A stretch of 63,483 nt of DNA, the filler included, from Klebsormidium nitens (lineage: Eukaryota > Plantae > Klebsormidiophyceae), in assembly GCA_000708835.1 (NCBI GenBank). It is 4 parts of 4 records of this genome, joined end to end, with 100 filler letters (N's around TTAATTAATTAA, not from the genome) between each part and the next. Parts side by side here need not be neighbours in the genome. Positions count along the whole stretch, not along the records: positions 1 to 26,700 come from DF237827.1; 3 more parts are not named here. One strand, written 5' to 3'. The notes under the pieces were generated by a model. It did not search any database. It was not told where the DNA came from and worked only from the letters and a program-made list of their open reading frames with translations. Positions 12,554 to 24,526 of the stretch are shown here, in pieces (within the stretch, counting starts at the first letter, position 1; every line of letters starts with the position of its first letter). The position numbers and the translations under genes were made by a program.

Positions 12554-12814
12554 GCCGACCACAGGAACCACGCAGGGTTGGCAGCTCACTCACGAGCAGG
12601 GTTGGCAGCTCACTCACTCCCAAATCATGGCCCTCGGCTCATGCCTTCGAACACCCTTCGAAGCCCGGCTCACGTTCCACTCACCGGCTCAGTACCGGGG
12701 GATCCCCGGCCTACCGGCCGGGGAGCCGGGCCTGGCTGACCGCCGCCGCCCCGCGCGGCCGCGACTCACGCAGTGACTCATACACAATCCGATCGTACAT
12801 ACGTTGCAAATCAT

Positions 12815-13613
12815 AGGGTAAGTCATTTTGAAGCTGACCCCCTATGTTCAGTCCAGAGGGTGAGGGTTGGGGGTTTGGAATCGTAAGGGCAGTGGGAGGG
12901 GGGGGGGGCTCGGGGTTTCTGCCATGGGCGAGCCGCAGGCTTGGAACATCTCGCAATATCGGTATAAAAATGGCGATTTAGGGGCAAACTAAGCGCAAAA
13001 TACACATATTCATACANNNNNNNNNNNNNNNNNNNNNNNNNNNNNNNNNNNNNNNNNNNNNNNNNNNNNNNNNNNNNNNNNNNNNNNNNNNNNNNNNNNN
13101 NNNNNNNNNNNNNNNNNNNNNNNNNNNNNNNNNNNNNNNNNNNNNNNNNNNNNNNNNNNNNNNNNNNNNNNNNNNNNNNNNNNNNNNNNNNNNNNNNNNN
13201 NNNNNNNNNNNNNNNNNNNNNNNNNNNNNNNNNNNNNNNNNNNNNNNNNNNNNNNNNNNNNNNNNNNNNNNNNNNNNNNNNNNNNNNNNNNNNNNNNNNN
13301 NNNNNNNNNNNNNNNNNNNNNNNNNNNNNNNNNNNNNNNNNNNNNNNNNNNNNNNNNNNNNNNNNNNNNNNNNNNNNNNNNNNNNNNNNNNNNNNNNNNN
13401 NNNNNNNNNNNNNNNNNNCGCAATATCGGTATAAAAATGGCGATTTAGGGGCAAACTAAGCGCAAAATACACATATTCATACAGCCGGAAGGGGGGGGGG
13501 GCTCCGCTTATCACCGGGTACCAGACAGCGGGAGGGGGGGGGGGCTTGGCCGTTCGGGTCTCGAGGGGCTCTGGACTGAACATAGGGGGTTCACTACAAA
13601 ATGACCTTACCCT
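12815..13613. mobile_element. MITE-like element (possibly PIF/Harbinger Tourist-like), spans an assembly gap
   Basis: ~45-bp imperfect TIRs AGGGTAAG(G)TCATTTTG..ACCCCCTATGTTCAGTCCAGAG at 12815-12858 and 13569-13613; TSD imperfect (ATA/TTA). Confidence 0.65.
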
Positions 13614-15902
13614 TAGAATGCCTGGTAAAGTGGCTGTAGAAATGGCGGACCGTAATTTGTCACTACTTCAACCAAATTTCTTTCCTGAAGCTGAAGCTGA
13701 AGCTGAATGTGGTAGTTAAAAATTGAAAGCTAGCCTTATGCCAGAAGGGTTGTCCTATAGAAGTAGTGGCTGACATGTGAGAGCTGGGGACTCGCCTCTT
13801 GTTCAATTTGCAAATTAGAGAGCTCTGGAATGCTCGTGTAAGAACTTATAATCTGATTTTGAATCATGTCATGAGCTGGCTAGAGGGTGGACAAGCATAA
13901 TGTTCAGCTTCTCATGCGTTGCTAGCAAGTTGCAGGACCTTCTGGTATGGCACTACTTCCTTCTTAAAAGCGCCGCAGGCCGGCTTATAAGTTCTCCACC
14001 ATTTGTGAGCAACGCTGTTGTCCACCGTGGCAGCGCGTCTACAACGGAGTGGCATACACTTGATATGAAGTTGGTACTGAGGCCTGTGATGCTTCATTCA
14101 AGGAATTGAAGGTGACAGAAGGTCCAGCATGCAGGCTGCGCGAGTTTGCGGAGATGCAATTTCATCTAAAGGAGCCGGCATCGCATTGAATTTGAAGGTG
14201 GGCATTGAAAGAGCAAAAGACTGGCCTCGACGATTTGACCCCCCAGACTTTCTTCTAAGTTCTCGCGCATGCGGCCATTCAGAACGTACACGCAGATCAA
14301 ATTTGAACAAAGCACTTGTTATCTGCCACCTTGAGCATGTCAACATAGAGGTACTGTGACTGCTCAACATCACAATTGTGGTTGGTTCAGGAATGGATTG
14401 TGTGGAAAGGAGTTGAGCCAGCAGACCTTGATGCCTGTAGATTTAGGGTCCAAGTTTGTCTGACGCTTCTGAGAGGATCCGCAACATCTTTGTCACGCGG
14501 CTAAGTTGTATCCAAAAACTAACTGCCAACCTCATTCGCCATAAGTATCTGGGGAAAGCTCAATTTGCCTCCAGTCATTTGAACCGACGCTCCGTAGTTT
14601 GAGGTATTATCCAAGCGTTTATCCTTCAAAGGCTTGGTGTCTGCGTTGTGGAACTTTGCTACTGGCTTCAATCTTTGTTCAATCTTACCGTCCATCTGCT
14701 AAATGATATCTCTGACTTTTTGAAAGTTTCCAAAACTCTATTCTGCTAGCTACCCTCCTTTCCCTCAGACCAGATCACAAGGAAATCAATTTCTTCCAAG
14801 CTCAGCATCAAAAACCCCTGACTCCAGCAATCTGCACACACAGTGTTAGTTGGTGTGCCCTAAAGTTTCATTGTTTCTAGCAATGCCGTACGTTGTCCTG
14901 TCACGGTGTGGCTGCACCAAGGGGAGTAGTGCCCATGGATACACATGGGTGCCAAGAACCATCCCCAGGATGCATGCGCACCACCATGCATAAGGGTCCA
15001 GGAGGGCGCATTGACGTCAGTCGCCGCTGCATCGTCATTAGGTGGTGAACATAAATCCTTACACAAGTCCATATTACTAGTTCAGGCGGTCTGAACCTGA
15101 CTTGGTAGCCAATTGTTTTTCTGAAGTAGCCTCAATGCGTTGACCGGAGGAGTGTGGCATAGCTATAGCTAACACAGTGTCTCTGACCAGAGGGCCCTAC
15201 TTCGTTATTTTGAAGCTTATTGCTATCTAGAACAGATCTTGAGGGTTGATAGTCTGCAGATGTGCTGCTGGTTCAAGTTTCACTATCTTATCGTCTCAAG
15301 CGATACTTATCCCAAAACAGACGTGATGCTGCCAGAGGGATCCCTTTCATGTAAAGGCCCCGTGGCTTCTTAACCCGTTTTGCATGCAAGCAGCCATGCA
15401 GTTTGGAACCAATCCTTCAGTGACAGATGTCCAGAAGGGACCTTTGGCCTTCCTTGACAGGCATCATGGCCAGTCTGTGGTCAGCTCAAGCTGGTGGAGC
15501 GACGACAGCTCCACTAACAAGCTTCTGCGTTGGCTACAAATCTTTCTCTGAGGATCTCAGTACCTGTCATTGGATTCTCATTTTCAAGAGAAGAGGAAAG
15601 AGAGCGGTTTAGTTTTTAGGTTCAGGCAATCCTTTCAACACATCGGTGCCCTATGTAGCGGGCTTTGGAGCCGGCAACAAAGCTGCGACACCTTTATCGC
15701 CGCAGAAAAACCGGCCTCTTTGCCGTCATCAACACACCTGAGGCTTCACTTCGTGTTCTCCACTCAGCTCTCCATCGATTCGGACACCTGTGACCTCTTC
15801 ATAATACTTGCTATTTCAAAACCCAGGTCCTCATCGAAGCTGCACGCGAGAGAACCGACTTCAAGGGCAGCATCTTCTATATTGGCGCCGGAGAAGCCGG
15901 TC

Positions 15903-15986
15903 TCGGCGGAGTCATGGACGAGTCTAGATAGGTGCCCACGTTCGGCGGAGTCATGGACGAGTCTAGATAGGTGCCCACGTTCGGCG
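15903..15986. repeat. 39-bp tandem repeat (2 copies plus partial)
   Basis: TCGGCGGAGTCATGGACGAGTCTAGATAGGTGCCCACGT x2; reads SAERGHLSRLVHD on the minus strand. Confidence 0.85.
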
Positions 15987-16202
15987 CTGCGCCCACGGAC
16001 TTCCAGGCGTTTGTGGAAGGGGCTTGCCCAGGCTCCACTCGCGAGGCCGCCAGCCATAAAGCGGTCGCTGTTGAGCATGTGTATTGAGCTTCTGAAAACT
16101 GTCAAGCCTTAGGGGGTGAGCTTTCAATCAGTCGCCTACTCTCAAGTTACCTGTTCGATTTTGAGCCCTCTGGAGTGAGCTGTTGAGTTCATTACCTGCT
16201 CC

Positions 16203-16398
16203 TCGGTTGAGCGTTTGCTGCCGAGTTTTATTGGTTGAGTTTCCGAGGCTATCGCTTAGGTTCGGATTAAGTGTTTGCTGTCCAGGTGTATGAGATGGAT
16301 CTCCGAGTTTATCGCGTATTCTCGGGTTAAGCCTTTGCTGTCCAGCCCTACAATGTGAGCTACCGCACCTTGTCACTCTTGGGTTAAGTGCTTGCTGG
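16203..16398 (-). repeat. Degenerate ~60-bp repeat, possibly coding (QQxLNP motif x4)
   Basis: TTAAG..TTTGCTG recurs at ~60-nt period; ORF 16128-16376 has QQRLNP/QQTLNP/QQTLNR. Confidence 0.55.
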
Positions 16399-18812
16399 GC
16401 ACGTGTTCCTTTGGGGTGAGTTTCAGACTCCGTCTCCTTTGATCTTTGGAAGCAACTCAGGATTGAGTAATGGAGTCTCGCTGGCAGGCTCTCGTTCCTG
16501 GGAACTTAGAAGTTGGATAGACTCAGTCTCGTACTTGCGTTGGTCATGTTGCCTGAACTTGAAGCGGCAGTAACTGCGCCGATGCATTGCGCCTTGAGTT
16601 TCGTGTCCTGACGAGCTGTGTGTATTCAATCTTTCAACTTGGACCGTTCTCAGGGGCACCCTCTTGTACTACATGGGGGACAATTTTGAAGAGTCCCTGT
16701 AACAATCCGCAGGGGTGCTTGAGAGCTTAGAACTTCGTTAGACAGCCGCCTTGGGGCAAAACTCAACGATCGCTTCGTCCCCTACCACTTGAGCACGCTT
16801 GTCCTACCCCTCCCCCTTCTCCCCCCACCGGACGCTTTCGGACAGCCCCCGGTAGTTCTTAGGCGACAGCAGGGTAGAGAGCGTGGAAAACGGGGTCGCC
16901 CAGGAGAAGCTGGCCGCGCTCCCAGCGTCGCCCCCCTCCAAAGTCCTAAAACCCTCCTCACTGGCAGCCCTTGCGCCGCGCGCCGACCCCCGAAACAGAA
17001 GGCGCGCAACCTTGGAGGCGAAGACCATCCGAGCGGAAGCTTTCGGTGTCAAGATTGCTTTCTGAAGCAAGTACTTCCTCGGGCGCCTCACACCAATACG
17101 GGGGGGGTACAGGGGTGGTTCTCCGGGGGGGCTCAGGCCGGGGCAGGCGTGAGACAGAGGCGGTGTCATGGAGCAGAAGAAGTAGCCTGGGAGGTCTACC
17201 ATCATCTGTATCGTACATGTACTAAATTTCGTTTAGTACTCGTTTAATCGTTAATTGGATGGGTTACCGGCGAAGTGCCTCAGCAAGTTTGCTGCGAGTC
17301 CCTGTCTCTTGTCTCTTGTTCTCCTTCTGCCCGTTCAGTTCTTCTGGACGTCAATTGTCATTTCTAAAACGGTGTACGTTTCAGGAGAGACAATCCATCA
17401 GGACTACGGTTAAATGTTGGATTTAGTTTCGATTCTTGTACCGGGCAGTGCACGGAGTATTTCCTGCCCTCCCACCCACCCATTATGATGTCACCGGGCC
17501 GCGGCCCTCCCACTGGCACCCACCGTCAGCCTTGCCATTTGAAGGATATTGTGCTTTCTTCATTGAGGCGAGCTGCAAAATCCGCCGGAGGCGGATTGCT
17601 TCGTCCACGACTTAATTGCAGATTTTGGACATCCGGGATGTACCGGACGTCAGCAGAGACTTGGTCGGTATGAATTGGATGAACCGGAAAATGAAGAACA
17701 CATATACAAGCCAAGCTACATGCTCTCTCATTTCCACTCGTATTTACGGGACGAGTAAAACCGTTTTGCATCCATGCCCTCTTGGCAACATGCTTCAATG
17801 AAACGACGAGCTGAAGATAATGATGGAAAGAATCTTCAGTTATGCATGTGCTTTGCAGGTGTCCCTATGATAAACCCATATTGTAACAGGTATGGTGTTT
17901 GTTCAAAGCTAATGCTAGAAGACTAGGAGGCTATGCTAAATGTAGCATGTTATGTTTAACTACTGGCCTGGTCCGTTATCATTTGACGCTCAGTCTTTTG
18001 GGCTGTGTCCCATGACTGCTGCCGATGGAGCCTGTTCCTATAAGCTATGGGACCGGGTCTGGGGGTTTTGAGCATAGAGATGCAACCAAGATTGGATACA
18101 GAAGAAGAAAGGGCAGTCTCCTCTGGGCATGCAACTAAGGAATCAAAGATCATTGATGCGGGTTTAAGCAGCAACTAAGTTGACGTCAGATTGTCCCTGC
18201 TGCTTTCATCGTTTCATAGTTGATTCAAATTACTGTCCGGGAGTCGTGCATACATGTGAAGCAGAGAGGAATCTTGGTCAGGAGATGTTGTCAGAGAAGG
18301 GGTCTTCTGAAGATGCCAAAGGAAGTTAGTTAAAGCCCTTGCAGTGGTGGAACCTGTTGCAATAGGCTCCCCAGACCCGGTCCCTTGAGCTAATTGGTGA
18401 CGGTAGCGAAAGCTGAGAGTAGCCGAAAGCTAGAGCGGGTGAAGTTTGGTGAGGCAGCGTTTGATTCTTCGTTTAGTCTGACTTTTGGTCCCTATTTACA
18501 GTGGTGTTTTCATCAAGTGTCTTCTCTGAAGTCTGAGATCAGGAAGGCAGAGCTCAAGCTCATGAAAATCGACAAAAAGAGAGTAGTTGCGGTAGATCAT
18601 TGAACCACTTGTGTCGTCGAAAAATGCTCACGGCTACCTGCAAACGGCTGGAGACTATCCTCGTCAGCTTCAAAAGAGCGCGGGAGGATCTAAAAACTAG
18701 CCGTTGAGGTAAAAACCGTTTGTCAGATTCCGTTAAGTTGTGAATCTAGGTCGGAGCGGCCTGGTTTTCGGCGCGACAAATTCGCGCACTGAACTCGGAG
18801 CAGCCGGTCCGG

Positions 18813-18842
18813 CCAAATTTCGGTCGCGCGATCGAAATTTGG
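18813..18842. repeat. 30-bp near-perfect palindrome
   Basis: CCAAATTTCGgTCGCGCGAtCGAAATTTGG. Confidence 0.8.
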
Positions 18843-18941
18843 GTCCGCGGAATCCTGGTCGCGCAGTTCAGACCGGCCCTAAGCCGGTCCGAGCGGAACT
18901 TCACTGATAAGACTTTCTGCTCTTGCGGGGCTGTCGAGAAC

Positions 18942-19521
18942 CACGGGGTTGCAACCGTCTCCAGTTTTAAAATAGAGGGCGTTTTTATTTTGCCTTCATC
19001 CAAAACGAGCTAAAACGACGGAAAAACAAATGCATCCAGTGTTTTGTTTCTTGCCATCGTATAACCCTTCGTCTATAGTTTCTAAAGCACTACTCGTTTT
19101 GAAATTCGGCACCCCCCACAAAAAGTAAAACGATTTTTAAACATTTAAAAACGCCAAAATCTTAATACATGTATCTGCGGGTTAGGCGGACTTCAAAATA
19201 GCCCGTTTTATAAAACAAACGAAACAGCAAAACGTTTTAAAACGCCTGTAAAGTGTATTAGAGGAAAGGCGACAACCCGAGGCCCTTATGGTCTGTTTTG
19301 TCACCCTAATATACATAAAAGTGTATGGATGCCGCATACGAGCTCTTGACAAGCCGATAGCCGCCATAAAAAGAAGGAAAATGATACAAATTGGACTTTT
19401 CATGCCGTTTTAAAACCGTTTTTAAACGTTTTAAAAAGCAGTTTCAAAGTTTCAAAACAGCCAAACCCCTTGTTTTAATCCGCAGATAACATGTTTTGAA
19501 ACTGAGAGTTGCCACCCCGGG
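18942..19521. mobile_element. Non-autonomous hAT-type element (MITE A)
   Basis: 14-bp TIRs (CACGGGGTTGCAAC / CCCGGGGTGGCAAC, 12/14), 8-bp TSD TCGAGAAC at 18934-18941 and 19522-19529, AT-rich interior with many TTTTAAAAC motifs. Confidence 0.8.
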
Positions 19522-19633
19522 TCGAGAACAGTGCAGTGATGAACAGGGACAAACGTGAGAGCACAGGTAAATTAAGATTTGTAGAAAGTAAGTCAATTGA
19601 GGCTGTTCGGATGGCACCTACTGCTTCGCCGTC

Positions 19634-20180
19634 CCCGGGGTGGCAACTCCCGTTTTGAAACATGTCCTCTGCAATTACTAAAACAAGTCATTTGGCTTGC
19701 TTCGTCTGTTTTAAAACAGGCGAAACTATTTTACAACAGTTCTAAAACGTTTTAAAATGATAAAAAGGGCCCTTTGCAGACCTCATATTGAAGTCTTATG
19801 TCTTCTTTTCGGTGTTTATGTGCATATCATTTGTAACTGCACAGAACGAATGAGGCCCGCTTATGTCAAATAAAACATGAAATTGTACGTTCTAAAACGT
19901 TTTGGTCGATTTTCTGTTTTGAAACACGGGATATTTGGAGCCCCATCTTGCACGCACATGTCTTACAGGTGTTTCGACTGTTTTAATCTGTTTTGAAACC
20001 GTTTTAAAAACAAAGGGGGGGTCCATTTTACAAAGCAATGGGTGTTTTAGGCTGCTCTCGATGAGCTCTATCTGTTGGCTGCATTTGAAACTTCTTTGCG
20101 CTTCGTTTTGAAGATGGTCTGAGGATTAAGAAAACTAAAACAAGCAGCGTTTTAAAACACGAGTTGCCAGTGAACTCGTG
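19634..20180. mobile_element. Related hAT-type MITE B, right end degenerate
   Basis: Starts CCCGGGGTGGCAACTCCCGTTTTGAAA, same TTTTAAAAC-rich interior, ends near GAGTTGCCA at 20161-20169. Confidence 0.55.
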
Positions 20181-22199
20181 TCGTAGTCTTGCTCGGACCG
20201 GTTGGCACCAGGCTTTGCGCCGAGTGCGGCTTGAGCGGAATCCTTCTTACTTGCGAATCTGCACGCCTTCGTTTTGCGTCTGTGCCTGAGCCTTTGTCAT
20301 TGCGTGCTGTCCACGACTGTCCAGGTCGTGCTGGAAAGTCCCCGGAAAAGTCTGGAAAGCGATTGGTTCCGATTCCATTTGGATCATTCCGTACAAAGCG
20401 TACTTCATCGTAGCCACTCATACGACCACTGTCCACACATCCCACAAATCTGATCGAGCTCTGCTTTACATGTATATATATTTTTCAGTCTCTCCAGAAA
20501 GTTGCGCGGGTACGTAGCGGCGAGCCTCAGTGTGTCAGTGGGCCAAGTTTCTCTATGTGAGCGAACGTGAAGCCCAAACTCGTAGATAATCGCTATCATC
20601 CCGCGTTTTGTGTCTTTACATAAGAAACGTTCCTACGTTCAGTATGAGGAACTTTTGCAAACCTACTAAACGATCTCCATCATTGGGCCCTCCTTATTGT
20701 CGCAACTGGCAGTGATGATGATCTCTTTTCAAAACGCCGTAGCCACATGGGCCGTAGGCTCCCATGGCATACAGGAGGATCAATGTTTGAGGTGCTAACG
20801 CCTAACGTAAAAAAAACCACATTGAATGCTAATAAGATGTGCATAATAGAGGCAACCGGCGGCCGGCGAAGGTGTACCGGCAGACACGAGAAGGTACGCC
20901 GTAACAAACCAGAACTATTTACATTCATGCATTAATTGAAGCACAGGACTCGGCAAATCAGGTTGTGTTAACCAACAAAGGAATGGAGCCTGGGCAAGGA
21001 ACACATGGTAATGCCTATCCTGGGCCCGGAGGTTGCCAGAGTTGCCCGCAACGTTGCGCGACTTTCCGCGATTCTGCGCGACTTTACGCGACTGCTCTAT
21101 GGTAAGCATAAATTCTTTTAACGGTTTTGGGGCCCAGCTGCATTGCGGTTTTAGTGAGTCTAGCTGGTTTTAGCTTGTGTTTGAGCATTGAACGTCACAG
21201 TGACGTCACGGTCACCTTAAGTAGGCCAGCCGCCAGCCGGGCGCCGGCCCCTCTACTCATTCTCAATTAATTCATGACTCAGGAATACGGTCATAAAAGG
21301 CTTGGGTTGTGTCGTATACCGGTAAATCTAATCCGTATTTTGAATGTTGAATGTTCATGAATCATAACCGTACGGCGTAGAGACATTCCTCATTCGCACC
21401 ACCTTGGTGCGAATATTTAATCATGAAGGTTTTGTCATTTCGCACCAGAATCGTCGACTTTATTTGGATTTTCATTTTTGGCTATTTTCTGGCGTTTTTC
21501 CCCTGGTTTTGCCACAGTTTGGACTGCCAAAGGATTTATATTTTTATTTCGCGTTTTCGCACCTGAGTCGATACTTAGTTTTATATTTTTCGCAAGGCTT
21601 AAAAATAATTAATTTAGGAATGTCTCTACGGTAGGGCTGTATTAAAAACGGTCGGTTGCGAGATGGAACCATACGATATTCGAGACGGCGTCCGGCCGGC
21701 GGGCCGCCCCGACTGGATCTCAATTAATTTGCCGGCACAACGTCGACGATTAAAATTTGGGAGCATCGGACGCGGACGCCTTTGTTGGACGCCGATGCAG
21801 GCTCGGGTGCAGGCTCGGGTGCAGGCTCGGGTAACACCAAACGAAACGCGAAAACCCTAAGCTCAGTGGCTTTGCCGTTGGAACTCTAAACGGAAAGCAG
21901 CCTAAGGAATGCGGGCCTGCCACACGATCTGAGGGCGACCGTCTGATCTTGTCGAAGTTTAAAGGCACCAGATTGCCCTGCAGACCAAACCCCTAACCCC
22001 GGCCGACTGCCGCGGCCGCCTAAACCTCGCTGCCGGGGTTTAGCGCGTTTGAATTCAAAGCAAACTTGCTGACGAGGCCTCGCCGCGTCTGAACTGCTGA
22101 GCAGGATCAGCTTGAAGTGCTGAACAAACCCCGAGTGTGATTCTTTCAAGTCTTCATTCTCAAATTATTCAAGCGCCAGCAGCGGCGCGTCTTGGCGCT

Positions 22200-23556
22200 G
22201 CTGATCAGGCGCCATTTCTTTCTTGGGTGTTTCGAGAAGAAGCCCTGGCCTACTAAGGACCGTCAAGTGACCTGAAGGATGGATCACCATTTGAAGGCCC
22301 TGGTGGTCCTTTCAGGAGGGTCAGAGGCTGTTCTCAAGGGTTGCAATCTTCTGCATAAAACAGAGAATGGCGAAATCTGGTGTGAAGTCATTGATGTGAC
22401 TCAAGACCCGCAGCAAGACGTGGAGGCACCCGTTCGTGTCAAGGATGCCTATGGCTTTGAGTTCCCTCGACCTGTGCCTCTCACAGATTTGAACATCGGA
22501 TATGGAAGCAGGCAGCTGAAGGACCCTCTGATCCAAGCTATGCTAAGACACTGCATCGATGTTTCCCTTTTCTTGCAAGCTGACGTCAATGGAAACAGGA
22601 TTGATCCCGTCTTCCACACAGTTTGGAGCAGGAGGATCTCAAGTCCCAAGCAGGCTTGGCACACCGACCAGAAAGGAGATTCATCCAGGTTTCTGGGAGA
22701 AGTTCAAAGGTCCTCAAGAAGGCCCCTCCGAAGACTTCAACTTTGATCTACTGAAGGAAGCAGTCTCGCAGATTGCGATGAGAGGGTCCCTGACTGATTA
22801 CATGGAAGTGGTGATGCAAGATTATCCTGATATGCAGAAGTCATGGAGATCTAAGGCCCGCTTCCTGCTGGACGTATACAAGGAACCTGATGCAAAGACA
22901 GCTAAGCTCATGGCTGCAACATTCTTCTTTGCTTCGAGAATCAACTACATCTCTACCGGATGTGAGTACATGGCCACTCAGTATTGTGCAGAAGTCAGAG
23001 CAGAACTGAGGAAGTTTGGCAAGAGCGAATCATGGTCGAAGGACACAGTGCTCGAGATCGAAAGCATGATCAGGGAGAAGTATTTCAACTTCAAGGCCAT
23101 GGCAGAAAAAGAGCTCTCCAGAGGCAATGTGAAACCGATCAATGGATGGGGTGATGCCAGGTGAGACACCCTAAATGCGATCCGGCGGACTGGCTTCATC
23201 ATAATGTTCGAGAGTTGGCAGGAATGCTTCCCTCTAGTAAGGCTTCTGTTGCTTAAAGCTGCTCAGGATGAATTCCCGGAGCGTCCCTTCAGTGGGTGAC
23301 ACAATTTGTCCAATCTTCATGAACCTGGCTTCTTGATGAAGCATCTCCTGGTTTGATACACAATAGTCGACCAGCTGTATTCGGGCGGTCGCGTGCAACA
23401 GGCAGATCATCTCATTGATGATCTGTGATTGCTTGCAGGAAGAATCCTCAGACCAGAGGTCCCGGGCAAAGAGGGCCCAACCGTGCTCAGCATGAAGAAA
23501 GAGACCAAGATGACCACCGGGATGATCACGTTTTGGGGAAGAGAGCTCGAAGGTAG
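22200..23556 (+). pseudogene. ORF1 (gag-like position) upstream of DIRS pol; internal stop, frameshift, one predicted intron
   Basis: ORFs 22279-22746 and 22559-23164 overlap in different frames; in-frame TGA at 22273; intron 23161-23438 (AG|GTGAGA..TTGCAG|G) joins to KNPQTRGPGQRGPNR..KRARR*. Confidence 0.45.
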
Positions 23557-24526
23557 ATAACTTGATAGTGCCTCAAGTTCAGAAAAGATCCTCTAGCAGA
23601 CTGTAATGTTGTTGCTGTTTAGATTCTCCCTGGTACTTAGGAGCAAAATTACGCTCACATTGCCAAATACAATTGGCACTCGACAGGCAGATGAACCAGA
23701 ACTTCTCTTGTTTCGTCTCATTGGCAGCGCAATTATTACATTTTACTGAGTTTGATTCAGTCTCTTCATTCAGAGATGATGCATCACCCCAGCACCGAGA
23801 AGCGGAACTACAGAATGAACGGAATGCTCACGATGATCTGCAATATGAGTAAGCATTCGCAGTGCTTCAAATGATCCTCGTTGTGTGCATCTGAATATGG
23901 ACCTGCAAGATGATGTATGTAACTCAAGATATAACATTTCAGCAGTCGAATACTGCCATATTGCTCCGTGCATACAAAGGCTCCTACTGAGCATATCATG
24001 GTCTTCTGAATCACCAGGATGCTGGTCGAGACCGACGCAAGGGACAAAGAAACTCCCAGCAACAGTAACGCCTTTCAGGGCTCGCAGAATGGGTAAGAAG
24101 CAACTACAATAGAGTCCTATTCTCTTAGTATGAATTGGCAAATCATTTGCCTGTAGATGAATAATGCTCGCGCACTGCCGAGGAAGAACATATCTTTCGA
24201 AACTCACTCCGCAAAGAGTGAGTTTGAGTACGCCCAGCTCTCAAATTGAGCATGAGCCCTGCTCTAATATGCAGGTCTTCGAAGACCGAGGTAGCCAAAC
24301 CCGAGAAGACGCGTCAAGCCAAAGAATGCACGCGCTCAGGGTGAGGACGTGCATATAATGCTTCCATTTCCCGATGTTACTCAGGAGCAATTGCTCGCAT
24401 TGATGGCTAGAATAAGCCTGGCAAGGTCCTAAACTTCGCCAACCGTCGGTCACAGGTTTTTGCATGGATATCCGCTACGATCGATTCCCAATTCTATCTC
24501 AGGCCTGAATATGCACGTACAGGCCC

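Noticed and set aside
12170-12589. ORFs at 12170-12589 and 730-978 sharing FEKTSQNNKA.ISIESFV
   Set aside because: The similarity is simply the translated TIR of the KDZ element.
12952-13482. ~65-bp direct repeat on both sides of the 13017-13418 gap
   Set aside because: Typical unmerged contig overlap; the gap is probably close to zero length.
14129-14359. Possible Myb-like exon (GIERAKDW)
   Set aside because: Trp spacing and helix pattern do not fit; left unassigned.
21795-21832. (TGCAGGCTCGGG)x3 and other short periodic repeats as a possible CRISPR array
   Set aside because: No unique spacers or cas genes; simple tandem repeats in a eukaryotic context.
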